A stretch of DNA of 42,356 nucleotides from a virus, in IMG/VR virus record IMGVR_UViG_3300019487_000011, positions 1-42,356 of that record. One strand, 5' to 3'. Under the pieces are notes generated by a model. That model did no database searches. It was not told the origin of the DNA and was given only the letters and a program-made list of their open reading frames with translations. Both the position numbers and the translations under genes were made by a program. Positions 31,366 to 40,248 of this stretch are shown piece by piece. Positions within the stretch are counted from its first letter, which is position 1. The number at the start of each line of letters is the position of its first letter.

Positions 31366-31824
31366 ATGTACCGAGTACGAAAGGCAGAGACGGATGCCGA
31401 CGTTGATAACATCGCCCTATATGGGCGCGACTTCTGCAACGAAGGCGGCTGGACGAAGGACGTGGGGTACGACCCCGAGAGCGTCAAGGCGTGGACCCGC
31501 TACTGCGCGGACAACGGACTGGCGCTGGTCGTAGAGACCGACGCCGGGGAGTTTGCTGGTATGGCGGCGGCTGTATTCGACGGGTTCTTCTTCAACAAGG
31601 CAGTACTGCAGGGCGTTGAGTTGTTCTGGTACGTCCGGCCTGAGCACCGTCGCGGAGACGCAGGCAAGCTATTGTTCAGGGCTATGGAAGACGGAGCCCG
31701 CGCCAAGGGCGCAAAGCGATGGTCGATGGTGGCGCTGGCTACGTGCCAGCCCGAAAAGGTTGGGGCCGTGTACGAACGTAACGGCTACACTCTAAGCGAA
31801 TTGTCTTACACGAAGGTATTCTAA
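31366..31824 (+). CDS. GNAT-family N-acetyltransferase
   Basis: 152 aa from the ATG after GAGGGGA. The acetyl-CoA motif is VELFWYVRPEHRRGDAGKLL. Confidence 0.75.
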   Translation: MYRVRKAETDADVDNIALYGRDFCNEGGWTKDVGYDPESVKAWTRYCADNGLALVVETDAGEFAGMAAAVFDGFFFNKAVLQGVELFWYVRPEHRRGDAGKLLFRAMEDGARAKGAKRWSMVALATCQPEKVGAVYERNGYTLSELSYTKVF

Positions 31825-32684
31825 TGGCTGCGATTACAAGTGCAGTGGTCGGCGCGGGCGCGGCGGTCTATAGCGCAAGGAAGGGCGCGAAAGCGGCTAA
31901 GGGCGCGGCGAAGTCTACTAAGCCGACTCCGTACGGCGTCACCGGCCCAGCGGGCTCAATGACCGTTGGCAAGGACGGTACCCTGTCCCTGTCGCAGGCC
32001 AACAACCCGTTCAGTGGCATGTTCAATACTCTGGGACTGGGTAGCCTTGCTAACGCGGGGGCCATGTCGCCGGAAGTCATGAATGCCTACCAAGGTCTGT
32101 TTGGTCGCGGCCTGAACGAAACCGTGAGCGATCAGTACTCTCGCCTTAGCCGTCTAGCGGCTCCGCAGGAGCGCCGGGACCAACAGGACCTTGACAACCA
32201 GCTATTCGCTCGCGGAATGCTGGGCACGACTGGCGGCGCGGAGCGGTTCCGTGCGCTTATGGAATCACAAGGACAGGCTGATCTTGCTCGCCAGACGCAG
32301 GCATGGGACCTTGGTCAGCAGGTTGCGAACCAGCGGTTCGGTGCTGCGATGGGCAACCAGCTACAGCAGTTCAATATGGGCATGGGCGCGTTCGGTGGCT
32401 CTAACAACCTCTTCCAGCAGCTTATGCAGCAGGCCGGTCTCGGCGTTGGTGCCGGAGGCGGTGTAGCGCCCGGGGCCGCAATGATGGCAGCGGAAGCATC
32501 GGGCCAGCCGTTCATGGCTGGCTACAACGCCCTACAGCAGGGCGGCGCGTTTGACGCGCTCGGCTCATGGCTCGGCAACCGCTTCGGCAGGCCGTCCGTC
32601 CCGATGGTCCAGCAGCCTAACCTTGGCGCTCCCTCGGTAACGGCGGGCCCATTCCCAATGCCTTCGGGCAACTTCGGACTGTAA
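31824..32684 (+). CDS. Gly/Ala/Gln/Met-rich internal virion protein candidate
   Basis: 286 aa, low complexity, TAATG-coupled. Confidence 0.55.
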   Translation: MAAITSAVVGAGAAVYSARKGAKAAKGAAKSTKPTPYGVTGPAGSMTVGKDGTLSLSQANNPFSGMFNTLGLGSLANAGAMSPEVMNAYQGLFGRGLNETVSDQYSRLSRLAAPQERRDQQDLDNQLFARGMLGTTGGAERFRALMESQGQADLARQTQAWDLGQQVANQRFGAAMGNQLQQFNMGMGAFGGSNNLFQQLMQQAGLGVGAGGGVAPGAAMMAAEASGQPFMAGYNALQQGGAFDALGSWLGNRFGRPSVPMVQQPNLGAPSVTAGPFPMPSGNFGL

Positions 32685-32685
32685 C

Positions 32686-33987
32686 ATGGCTGAATCAGTA
32701 AACCCGTTCGATTCTCTACGGCCCCTAACGCCGGGTGGTCTGGAACGTCAGCGCACGGCGGATATGCTGGCGCTACAACCTAACGCGAGCTTCTGGGTAC
32801 GCGAGGCTGGCCTGTCGGGCATCAAGGCCCGTCGTCGCCTAGCGGATAAGGGGATCGCCGTAACCCCGGAAGACCAGCGGGCTATCACGACTCAGGAAAT
32901 CATGGCCGGGGCGCAGAAGCGCCTTGCTGACCTTGTGAAGTCCGGGGGCCTAGACCCTATGGACGCTCAGGAACAGGCCATCAAAGAAACGATGCAAGCG
33001 TTCATGCAAGCGGGCGACTTCGAAGCCGCACAGGGGCTCCTGCCCGGCCTTAACCAGATTCGTACCTACAAGGACGAGCAGAACAAGCTCCGGTCGGAGA
33101 CGGCCGAGAACTTGGCTCAGGGTCAGCAAGCCCTGTCCGCTGCGGACCTGTCCGATGAACGGGCCACAGACCTTGTGGAGAAGCGCCCCTCTGCCATCCG
33201 GCTGAACGAAGCCCGGGCAGGATACTACGACCGTATGCCGCAGCCGAGGGCTCCCGGGAAGGGCGATGAGGAAGGTCCGACGATGAGCGAACGCGCTCAG
33301 ACGGACGGCATGGAAGTCCTGCGCTCGACGTTCACCGTGTACGATACTATGCACGACCTTCTGCAGCTTGTGACCCAGAGCCCGGGCGTCATGTCCGGCG
33401 CGGCGGGTGTACAGGCCGGTATCCAGAACAAGATGCAGGGTCTGGCCAACTACTTCTCGTCCAAGGGCGGTAACATCGGTGGGTTTGAGAATCTGTCGAC
33501 GAGCCCAGACGACTCACGCGACAGCGGCGGGAAGAGCCCGAAGCTAATCGCTGCCCAGAGCCGCCAGAAGACGTACAAGCTGGCTGACCGGCTGAACGTG
33601 GACCGGACGCTCTTTGAGTCTATGGTCATCAACGCGGCGTACTCTATCGCCCGCGCGAACGACCCGGGCGGCCGTCTGTCCAACAACGACTTCGATTACG
33701 CCCTGCAGATGCTAGGAGCGGTGGACGATCCTGCGGCAGCCAAGGCGGCCTTCGCCAACCTTGCCCGCCAGACCAAGGACAAGTACACAAGCTGGGTACG
33801 GTCGATTGGATCGAAGAACGCCCAAACGTACTTCTCGGAGCAGATCGCTGACGCCGCTGCCTCGTACAATGCGTTCGAAGAGCTATGGGGCCAGCTTGGC
33901 GAGACGCCCAAGAAGGCCGCTGAGAGCAGCTTCGCCGGTCAGCGCCCTGCGGACATTGACGAAATCCTACAACGTCGGAGCCAGTAA
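32686..33987 (+). CDS. Internal virion / ejection protein candidate
   Basis: 433 aa, helical. Assigned by its position before the largest virion gene. Confidence 0.55.
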   Translation: MAESVNPFDSLRPLTPGGLERQRTADMLALQPNASFWVREAGLSGIKARRRLADKGIAVTPEDQRAITTQEIMAGAQKRLADLVKSGGLDPMDAQEQAIKETMQAFMQAGDFEAAQGLLPGLNQIRTYKDEQNKLRSETAENLAQGQQALSAADLSDERATDLVEKRPSAIRLNEARAGYYDRMPQPRAPGKGDEEGPTMSERAQTDGMEVLRSTFTVYDTMHDLLQLVTQSPGVMSGAAGVQAGIQNKMQGLANYFSSKGGNIGGFENLSTSPDDSRDSGGKSPKLIAAQSRQKTYKLADRLNVDRTLFESMVINAAYSIARANDPGGRLSNNDFDYALQMLGAVDDPAAAKAAFANLARQTKDKYTSWVRSIGSKNAQTYFSEQIADAAASYNAFEELWGQLGETPKKAAESSFAGQRPADIDEILQRRSQ

Positions 33988-36195
33988 GTGCCAGAGCTAA
34001 CTCAGGCCCAGCTTCTCTCAGCTAACCTGCGGGATGAAATCGAGCGCGTTGATACCGCCATCCGGCAGGCTGACGCCGAGGATGGCCCCACTGCGGGCGC
34101 TGATATCCGTAAGTTGGCCCAGTACCGGGACTCTCTGGTACAGAAGCAGAACGCCCAGCACTCGACCCTGACTCGTCAGGCCGAAGTGCAGGACCGCGAT
34201 GCCCGGTTCCGCCGCTCGGCCAAGGGCCTTGTGACGGAGGCGTTCCCTCGCCTTGTCGAAGGATACCAGCAGCTAGTGGCTATGGCCCGGGAACTGGGCG
34301 GGTCCGAGGGAGCCGTTGCTGAGCAGGCCGCCGACATGAACGTGCGCCGCCTTGCGGCGTCCGGTGGCGACGAAGACTTCGAAGAGGGCGCGGACGTAGG
34401 CGAAGCGCTGCTTCTCATGGCGCCCGCTGGCATGGCTACCCGTGCCGGAGCCGTACGTGCGGGAGTGGGCCGGGCCCTACCCGAAGCCCAGACTATGGCC
34501 CGGGCTATTGCTCGTACCGGCAAGGACGCCCTGATTGCTGGCGGTCTTGCGTCTGGCGCGTCGGAGACTGCTGAGACTGCCGGGGACGTAGCATTCCAGA
34601 AGGCCGCATCGGCCGGGCTTGCGTTCCTACCGGGCTCGATCCTGCAGCTAGGTGCTGGCGGCGGACCGGCCATCAAGAACTTCGTAGGCCGCCTTGCGGC
34701 CCGGGCGCAGGAGAACCGCGCCCTGCAGGCCGCTCGGGCGAACATGGGCCCGTCGTCCATGCCTGATCCTGTGTCACTGCAGACCGGCTCCAAGATGGCA
34801 CAGGCCATCGAGCGGCAGGTCCAGATGACCAAGGCGCAGAACTACTTCAACGATCTGTTCGAAGACTTCGCGGACCACCTAGAACCGATGGTCAACGCTA
34901 TGGGCCGCGTGGCGGTCCGGGCTAATGTCGCCGCAAGGCGGGGTGGTGCCGGGGATTCGCACGAAGTGGCTATGCGCGTAAACAAGGCGTGGCAGGCCGA
35001 TGTAAGAAAGACGCAACAAGCGGCTTCGTCGCTATACGGCCAGCGCCTGTCGAGCGCGGTACGTGTCGCCGCCGATGACCCGGTGAAGTTCCCTATCCGG
35101 TTTGACCGGATGGGCGCTGCCGTCGGCAAGTGGTCGGACGAGGCTACTGGCCCGTGGTGGAGAAAGGTCGCCCCGGGAGCGGAGCGCCCTACAGGCGTCA
35201 TCAAGGAACTGGACGACTACCTGACGGCCGTCCGCACGACGGGCGCGCACCCGACTATCGCGGTGCCTGAGCTTATCCGCATCCGTGCCAACCTACGGGC
35301 CCTCGACCAGCAGTACTGGACAGAGGCGCGGAACATGACCCACGCGATGGACCAAGCGACAGCGAACAAGCACCGTGCGCTGAACGACATGATCCAAGCC
35401 GTGGACGACGACATTGACGCCTTCCTAGCGGTCAACAAGGCATCCTCACCGGGCGCTACGCCACGCCCGGCCGTGCAGGCCCTTACCGAACTGAGGGAAG
35501 CGAACCGGGACTACAAGGCGTTCAAGGACGCTCGGCAGGAAATGTTCGACCGGGCTACGGTCAAGCTGTTCGGGCACGAAGGCAACCTGCCTATCGACCA
35601 GAGCAAGGCCCTTGCCGATATCGCCAAGATGGAACCCGGCGAACAGCGGTTCCTTGCGAACCTGCTGCGCCAGCACGACCCAGCGGCCCTTGCTGACCTA
35701 CGCTTCACCCTGCTGAACAACGCCTTCACCGAGCTTACGTCTGGCGCAGGCCGGGCCGCGACTCGCGGCAAGGTGGACCCGGGCGTGTGGGAATCTGCCA
35801 TCCTCGGCAACAACAAGATGGCGTTCGGGGAGGGGCTGTTCACGCCCGCCGAGTACGCCCGTCTTAACCAGTCCCTGAATCGGGTCCGCGTCCTGCGGTC
35901 TGGTACCGAGGGACAGGTGGACCCGAACACTGCCCCGTCTGCGGAAAGCACCCTGATGGCCTTGGTGTCGCGTTCCGGCGCGTTCCTTGGCCGAGCGTTC
36001 TTCCGTATCGGCGGCGCGGGCAAGCTGGAAGACCTACTACTTACGGACAAGGGCCTGCGTTCTCTGCAGGTCATGGAAGACGTGTACAAGGGACGCCGCA
36101 AGGTCACCGACCCGCTGGTGCGTAACGCCGTACAAGACTTCGTGGCCCTGACAACGAACCCTGAGTTGGAGGAAAACCGTGGCACTGGTGAATAA
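33988..36195 (+). CDS. Large internal virion / ejection protein candidate
   Basis: 735 aa. GTG start lies directly after the upstream TAA. It is the largest gene and is followed by the lysozyme. Confidence 0.6.
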   Translation: MPELTQAQLLSANLRDEIERVDTAIRQADAEDGPTAGADIRKLAQYRDSLVQKQNAQHSTLTRQAEVQDRDARFRRSAKGLVTEAFPRLVEGYQQLVAMARELGGSEGAVAEQAADMNVRRLAASGGDEDFEEGADVGEALLLMAPAGMATRAGAVRAGVGRALPEAQTMARAIARTGKDALIAGGLASGASETAETAGDVAFQKAASAGLAFLPGSILQLGAGGGPAIKNFVGRLAARAQENRALQAARANMGPSSMPDPVSLQTGSKMAQAIERQVQMTKAQNYFNDLFEDFADHLEPMVNAMGRVAVRANVAARRGGAGDSHEVAMRVNKAWQADVRKTQQAASSLYGQRLSSAVRVAADDPVKFPIRFDRMGAAVGKWSDEATGPWWRKVAPGAERPTGVIKELDDYLTAVRTTGAHPTIAVPELIRIRANLRALDQQYWTEARNMTHAMDQATANKHRALNDMIQAVDDDIDAFLAVNKASSPGATPRPAVQALTELREANRDYKAFKDARQEMFDRATVKLFGHEGNLPIDQSKALADIAKMEPGEQRFLANLLRQHDPAALADLRFTLLNNAFTELTSGAGRAATRGKVDPGVWESAILGNNKMAFGEGLFTPAEYARLNQSLNRVRVLRSGTEGQVDPNTAPSAESTLMALVSRSGAFLGRAFFRIGGAGKLEDLLLTDKGLRSLQVMEDVYKGRRKVTDPLVRNAVQDFVALTTNPELEENRGTGE

Positions 36196-36631
36196 CCTGC
36201 GGGAAATGCTGTCGCTCCACGAAGGGCGCGTCAAGCACGCCTACCGAGACTCGCTAGGGTACTGGACCATCGGCGTCGGGCACCTAATCGACCGGCGCAA
36301 GGGCGGTCACTTGCCCGAGCACATCATCGACGATCTGCTGGAGCACGACATCACAGAACACTCGCGTCAGTTGTTCACGGCCCTGCCGTGGGTAATGGAA
36401 CTGGACGAAGTGCGTAAGTCTGTCCTTGTGGACATGACATTCAACCTAGGCATCGCCGGGCTGCTTGGCTTCAAGAACACGCTCGCTGCCGTAAAGGAAA
36501 GACGATGGGAAGACGCAGCACGGGGAATGCTCGCCTCAAAGTGGGCATCGCAGGTCGGGGGAAGGGCTGTCCGCCTCGCAGATATGATGCGGACCGGGCG
36601 CTGGCCGGACGTATTCGTAGGGCCCTTCTAA
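36179..36631 (+). CDS. GH24 (T4-type) lysozyme / endolysin
   Basis: LHEGRVKHAYRDSLGYWTIGVGHLI contains the catalytic Glu and the D..G..TIG.GH motif. GTG start lies 6 nt after GGAGG. Confidence 0.9.
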   Translation: MALVNNLREMLSLHEGRVKHAYRDSLGYWTIGVGHLIDRRKGGHLPEHIIDDLLEHDITEHSRQLFTALPWVMELDEVRKSVLVDMTFNLGIAGLLGFKNTLAAVKERRWEDAARGMLASKWASQVGGRAVRLADMMRTGRWPDVFVGPF

Positions 36632-36663
36632 AGTCCCCGGACCTCGATCCCCAGCGGGAAGTC

Positions 36664-37086
36664 GTGTACCTGTGGGAGAACAGAAACTTCGAGACCCTGT
36701 TCATCAACCACAAGCTAACGCTCCGCACCGCTCGACAGTTCGTCAAGATGGTGTGCCGGTACTACTGCGTCCGTCCCATTACACTGAAGAGTGTGTGGCT
36801 CGGACCCAAGTCGTGGACGGCGCAGCAGCTACCGAACCGGCTGGAAGTGAACATGGACCGGGCCATTGGCTGGAACCTGCCGCTGCTGGCCCACGAACTG
36901 GCCCATCACATTCTGGACAAGAAGCTGGGCCCAGACCACGAAGCCCACGGGGCCCTGTGGTTTGGCGTGTATCTTCACATCTTGGACAAGTACAGGATTC
37001 TGGGGGCTGATGCTACGCTCCCGTCCACTCGTCGCTACGGGCTTCGCGTGAAGCATCCTGACAAGTGCAAACCGGGGGACCTATGA
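36664..37086 (+). CDS. HExxH zinc-metallopeptidase-like protein
   Basis: Contains an HELAHH motif. The start is placed at GTG 36664, after the lysozyme stop. 140 aa. Confidence 0.55.
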   Translation: MYLWENRNFETLFINHKLTLRTARQFVKMVCRYYCVRPITLKSVWLGPKSWTAQQLPNRLEVNMDRAIGWNLPLLAHELAHHILDKKLGPDHEAHGALWFGVYLHILDKYRILGADATLPSTRRYGLRVKHPDKCKPGDL

Positions 37087-37613
37087 TTAGCCAGCACTAC
37101 AAAGACCAGCTACGTACGCTCCACGACCGGGACGTTATGTGGGGGTCTAGCGCAGCCCGCTGGTTAGACGACGTGGTAGCCCACGGAGAGAAGCTACAGG
37201 CCCGGACCGTACTTGATTACGGGTGCGGCAAGGGACACCTGAAGCTAAGCCTGAAGGGCTTCGATGTATCGGAATACGACCCGGGCATCCCGGGCAAGGA
37301 CGGCCCGCCAGCGACTGTGGACATGGTGGCTTGCCTCGACGTGCTAGAGCATATCGAGCCTGACCATCTGGACGCGGTGTTGGCGGATATCAAACGTTTA
37401 AGCTTCAAAGGGGCGCTACTGGTCGTAGCCCTCTATCCATCGGGAACCAAGCTCCCAGATGGGCGGGATTCCCACCTAATCATTCAGCCGCCTGAGTGGT
37501 GGGTCCAGAAGATCGAAGGCGCCTTCGGCCCGGTAGAGTGGGAGCACAAGGCCCGCCCGACCCGGAATCCCAATCGCGTCAAAGACGTGATCGTTGTAAA
37601 GGCGTGGACATGA
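37083..37613 (+). CDS. Class I SAM-dependent methyltransferase
   Basis: Motif I is VLDYGCGKGHL. A DMVACLDVLEHI motif is also present. The ATG at 37083 overlaps the upstream stop (ATGA). Confidence 0.8.
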   Translation: MISQHYKDQLRTLHDRDVMWGSSAARWLDDVVAHGEKLQARTVLDYGCGKGHLKLSLKGFDVSEYDPGIPGKDGPPATVDMVACLDVLEHIEPDHLDAVLADIKRLSFKGALLVVALYPSGTKLPDGRDSHLIIQPPEWWVQKIEGAFGPVEWEHKARPTRNPNRVKDVIVVKAWT

Positions 37614-38128
37614 AGAAGCTTTTTGCGGCCCTTGTGGCCTCCGTCTGTCTTGCGTTCCCTGCTTTCGCCCAGACCCGCCTACCGGGTCCATCATCCATCA
37701 GCCCCGAGACAGCAGAAATGCTGTTCCTCACGGAGATGGACGCATGGCGCACGGCTTGCCGGGAGATGAAGGTACTGTGCTCGGCGTGGGCTCCCCCGGT
37801 CGTAACCTACGGCCTACTGAAGGGCCCGTTCGGGCGGTACGAGCTAGGCTCGCACACGATCCAGTTGGACATTCGCATCCTAGGCCAGTCCTTCTCGTAT
37901 GTGGTAATGGTCCACGAAATGGTCCACTACCTACAGTACACGGTCTTCGGCCCGATCCTGTCATCTTGTGAGGCAGAGGAACAGGCGTTCCGCATCGGCA
38001 TGAAGGTGGCGCTGGACCTGAACATTCAAGACCCACGGATCAAAACGTGGACCGAAATGAAACACCTATACGGATGCGGCCCGCTGCCGCCACGGAGAGA
38101 CACATGGCGATCTGGGACAAGGTTCTAG
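37610..38128 (+). CDS. Secreted HExxH metalloprotease-like protein
   Basis: The ATG at 37610 overlaps the upstream stop (ATGA). The signal peptide is MKKLFAALVASVCLAFPAFA|QT. It carries an HEMVH motif. Confidence 0.65.
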   Translation: MKKLFAALVASVCLAFPAFAQTRLPGPSSISPETAEMLFLTEMDAWRTACREMKVLCSAWAPPVVTYGLLKGPFGRYELGSHTIQLDIRILGQSFSYVVMVHEMVHYLQYTVFGPILSSCEAEEQAFRIGMKVALDLNIQDPRIKTWTEMKHLYGCGPLPPRRDTWRSGTRF

Positions 38129-38517
38129 GGGCGGTAACCGGCCCGGTTGCGACGTACTTCACTCGCCGCGCCGAGCTTAAACAGGCCCGGTTTGAAGCCG
38201 AACTGAAGTTTGAACAGGCCAAGGGCGACCGAGCGGCCCAACTGATCCGTGAGGGTCTGGCGGCTGACGCGAACTGGGAAATGGAGTTCGCCCGGCAGGC
38301 ACAGAATAGCTGGAAAGACGAGTACACGCTGGGGGTAGTATCCCTGCCCGCCGTCCTGTGCTTCGTCAGCATCGGCACGTTCGACGGGGCCGCAGTGGTT
38401 ACCCGAGGCTTCGCGGCCCTGTCCGGTACCCCACTGTGGTTCCAGACGATCCTCGGCATCATGTTCTGCGCTACTGTGGGCGTACGGTGGTGGAGACGGG
38501 AACAGTCCGACACGTAA
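38104..38517 (+). CDS. Holin-like membrane protein
   Basis: ATG follows GGAGAG. The N-terminal half is amphipathic. The C-terminal hydrophobic segments are VVSLPAVLCFVSIG and LWFQTILGIMFCATVG. It is the last gene before the terminator. Confidence 0.5.
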   Translation: MAIWDKVLGAVTGPVATYFTRRAELKQARFEAELKFEQAKGDRAAQLIREGLAADANWEMEFARQAQNSWKDEYTLGVVSLPAVLCFVSIGTFDGAAVVTRGFAALSGTPLWFQTILGIMFCATVGVRWWRREQSDT

Positions 38518-38542
38518 TCACGTACCGCGTTACTAAAGAAAA

Positions 38543-38570
38543 GGGCCCGAGGGTTTAAACCCTCGGGCCC
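38543..38570. terminator. Bidirectional intrinsic terminator between convergent operons
   Basis: GGGCCCGAGGG-TTTAAA-CCCTCGGGCCC forms an 11-bp perfect stem. An A-tract precedes it and a T-rich tract follows. Confidence 0.85.
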
Positions 38571-38692
38571 TTCGCTTTGTGGGCTACCGAAAAGTATTAC
38601 TTCTCGGACAGCTTCCGCAGGATGCGCTCGTCGCGCGCGCGGATTTCTTCCTTCGTCACCAGACCCGTCAGGTCCAGTATATCACACTTTCC

Positions 38693-39586
38693 CTACGGTG
38701 TCAAGTGCCTTTCGCACCAAGGGAATACCGGCCCCCCGTTCACTAGCCGGTGCAAGATGGGCCTATGGTGTTTAAACCATGTCCCGTCCTTTAGCTCGTC
38801 CAACGTCCACTGGGTATAAGCCAGCGCGTTTAACCACTCACGGCGGCCTAGGGCGTTCGCCTCGCCGTCTTCTAGGATGGGGGCAAGCATGGTACCCCCG
38901 TTGTAGGCCCGGGCGCTGACGCCGCGCAGGAAGGCTTCTACCAGCCCGTTACTGTTCAGGCCCACCGCTAGGTCGGTCTCCGATAGGTCGGCCATTAACG
39001 GTCTAGGGCCCGTCAGACGGCCTAGGTTGCCGTAGTCCAAGCTCTGGCCCCTGCGGACCATGACCGGGTGGGGGCGGAACGTGACTCCGTATCCTTCGGC
39101 TACGAGGGCGTGGGCCGTCTCGGCCAGCCACCCCTTGTAGTCCCGGACCTGTGTCACGATCATGGCGTCCCCGTACACTTGGCCCAGCAACAGGGCCCGC
39201 ATGAGGCCCGTGCGGCGGTACGGTTTAATCTCGTCGGCCCAGCCCATCGCCTCGGCCCGGGTCCCTCCGTCGTGTACCCACGGATGCTCGGCAAAGCCGT
39301 TCAGCCCGCAGGTCATGTGGGGCAGGGACCAGCCCGTGTTGAACAGGTTAGCCCGGTCCCTGGTGTACCCGTGGTCCACCGTGCAGATGATGGCGTTGGG
39401 GTACTTCTCCCGCTGAGTCATGGCCCGCCCCCACGACCACACGAAGACCACCGCCTCCGGGGCCGTCAGGTCGTGGGTTACGCGAATCTTGTACCCGTTA
39501 GACTGTAGGGTGCTGGCGATGGCGTTCAGGCACTCGGTCTCTCGGGGCCGGGGCCGTACCATCACCGCAATCTGGGGAAACTTCAA
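38693..39586 (-). CDS. Capsule-synthesis (KpsC/KpsS)-like glycosyltransferase-like protein
   Basis: 297 aa. LLLGQVYGDAMI ... FRPHP ... VGLNSNGLVEAFLRGV..RAY resembles the Capsule_synth family pattern. TTG start lies 6 nt after AGGAG. The functional call is tentative. Confidence 0.5.
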   Translation of the reverse strand: MKFPQIAVMVRPRPRETECLNAIASTLQSNGYKIRVTHDLTAPEAVVFVWSWGRAMTQREKYPNAIICTVDHGYTRDRANLFNTGWSLPHMTCGLNGFAEHPWVHDGGTRAEAMGWADEIKPYRRTGLMRALLLGQVYGDAMIVTQVRDYKGWLAETAHALVAEGYGVTFRPHPVMVRRGQSLDYGNLGRLTGPRPLMADLSETDLAVGLNSNGLVEAFLRGVSARAYNGGTMLAPILEDGEANALGRREWLNALAYTQWTLDELKDGTWFKHHRPILHRLVNGGPVFPWCERHLTP

Positions 39587-39809
39587 AGTCCGCTCCTACG
39601 ATTTCCAACTTCCAGCCTCTCGCCTTACATGCCTTGGCAATCTCCAGCAGAGACTTGTGCTTAGTGAATCGTTCGATAATAGGCGCGATCTGGTCGCACT
39701 GGGTCCGGCCCTCGGCCGTAAGCTCCCAGTCGCCCGTGGTCCGGGTGAACCCGGCCGTGAACGTAGGGGCAAGGACCCGGAACGTATAGATGCGCCGCCT
39801 CATGTCCAC
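39498..39809 (-). CDS. Hypothetical protein
   Basis: 103-aa ORF (GTG at 39809, or ATG at 39803). Its 3' end overlaps the next gene by 89 nt. Confidence 0.45.
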   Translation of the reverse strand: MDMRRRIYTFRVLAPTFTAGFTRTTGDWELTAEGRTQCDQIAPIIERFTKHKSLLEIAKACKARGWKLEIVGADFEVSPDCGDGTAPAPRDRVPERHRQHPTV

Positions 39810-39919
39810 GTATCCGGCCAGAGCTTAGTTGTTCGGCACCGCAGGCAGTACGAGTGACGCATGGAATGAACCATGCGCCAGTCGTGGTACCCGAATATAC
39901 ACTTGATCCAGTCGATCAA
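39800..39919 (-). CDS. Possible 39-aa Cys/His-rich micro-protein
   Basis: (M)IDWIKCIFGYHDWRMVHSMRHSYCLRCRTTKLWPDTWT. The TTG start overlaps the upstream TGA (TTGA), and its TGA overlaps the downstream ATG (ATGA). It exactly fills the gap. Confidence 0.35.
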   Translation of the reverse strand: MIDWIKCIFGYHDWRMVHSMRHSYCLRCRTTKLWPDTWT

Positions 39920-40248
39920 TTCAGCCTCCCTTCCACCCTAAGCTGACGGGCGATCAGGTCGGCCTCAAGCTGTTCCTGTAGCTTGTATGCCCGGTGCTGA
40001 TCCAGCAGGCCGAAGCAGTGGTACCGCACGAAGTCCAGTGCCCCCATGACCCACATGAGCGGGGTCGTGCCGGTTGAGGCAGTAAGTACCGTGTTTGGCT
40101 TCCCGTTCGGGCTGTACGCCACCGTCAGGTGCTCGATGCCCGGGGCCGCCTCCAGCAGGGCCCGAGCGAGGCGCGTAGCCTCGTTCTCGGCGGGCGGGCC
40201 GGCAGGGGCCGACTCTTCGCCCGGCACTACGATCTTATGTTCCGTCAC
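39916..40248 (-). CDS. Hypothetical protein
   Basis: The GTG at 40248 overlaps the upstream stop (GTGA) and follows GGAGAAGG. 110 aa. Confidence 0.5.
   Translation of the reverse strand: MTEHKIVVPGEESAPAGPPAENEATRLARALLEAAPGIEHLTVAYSPNGKPNTVLTASTGTTPLMWVMGALDFVRYHCFGLLDQHRAYKLQEQLEADLIARQLRVEGRLN

Noticed and set aside
20079-36185. Long antisense or alternative-frame ORFs inside late genes (e.g. 20079..20624 -, 22111..22707 -, 25777..26199 -, 30220..30768 -, 34176..34832 -, 35511..36185 -)
   Set aside because: These are typical shadow ORFs of GC-rich coding sequence. Their composition is Arg/Ser/Pro/Ala-rich and they lack RBSs. The sense-strand genes have recognisable motifs and coupled junctions.
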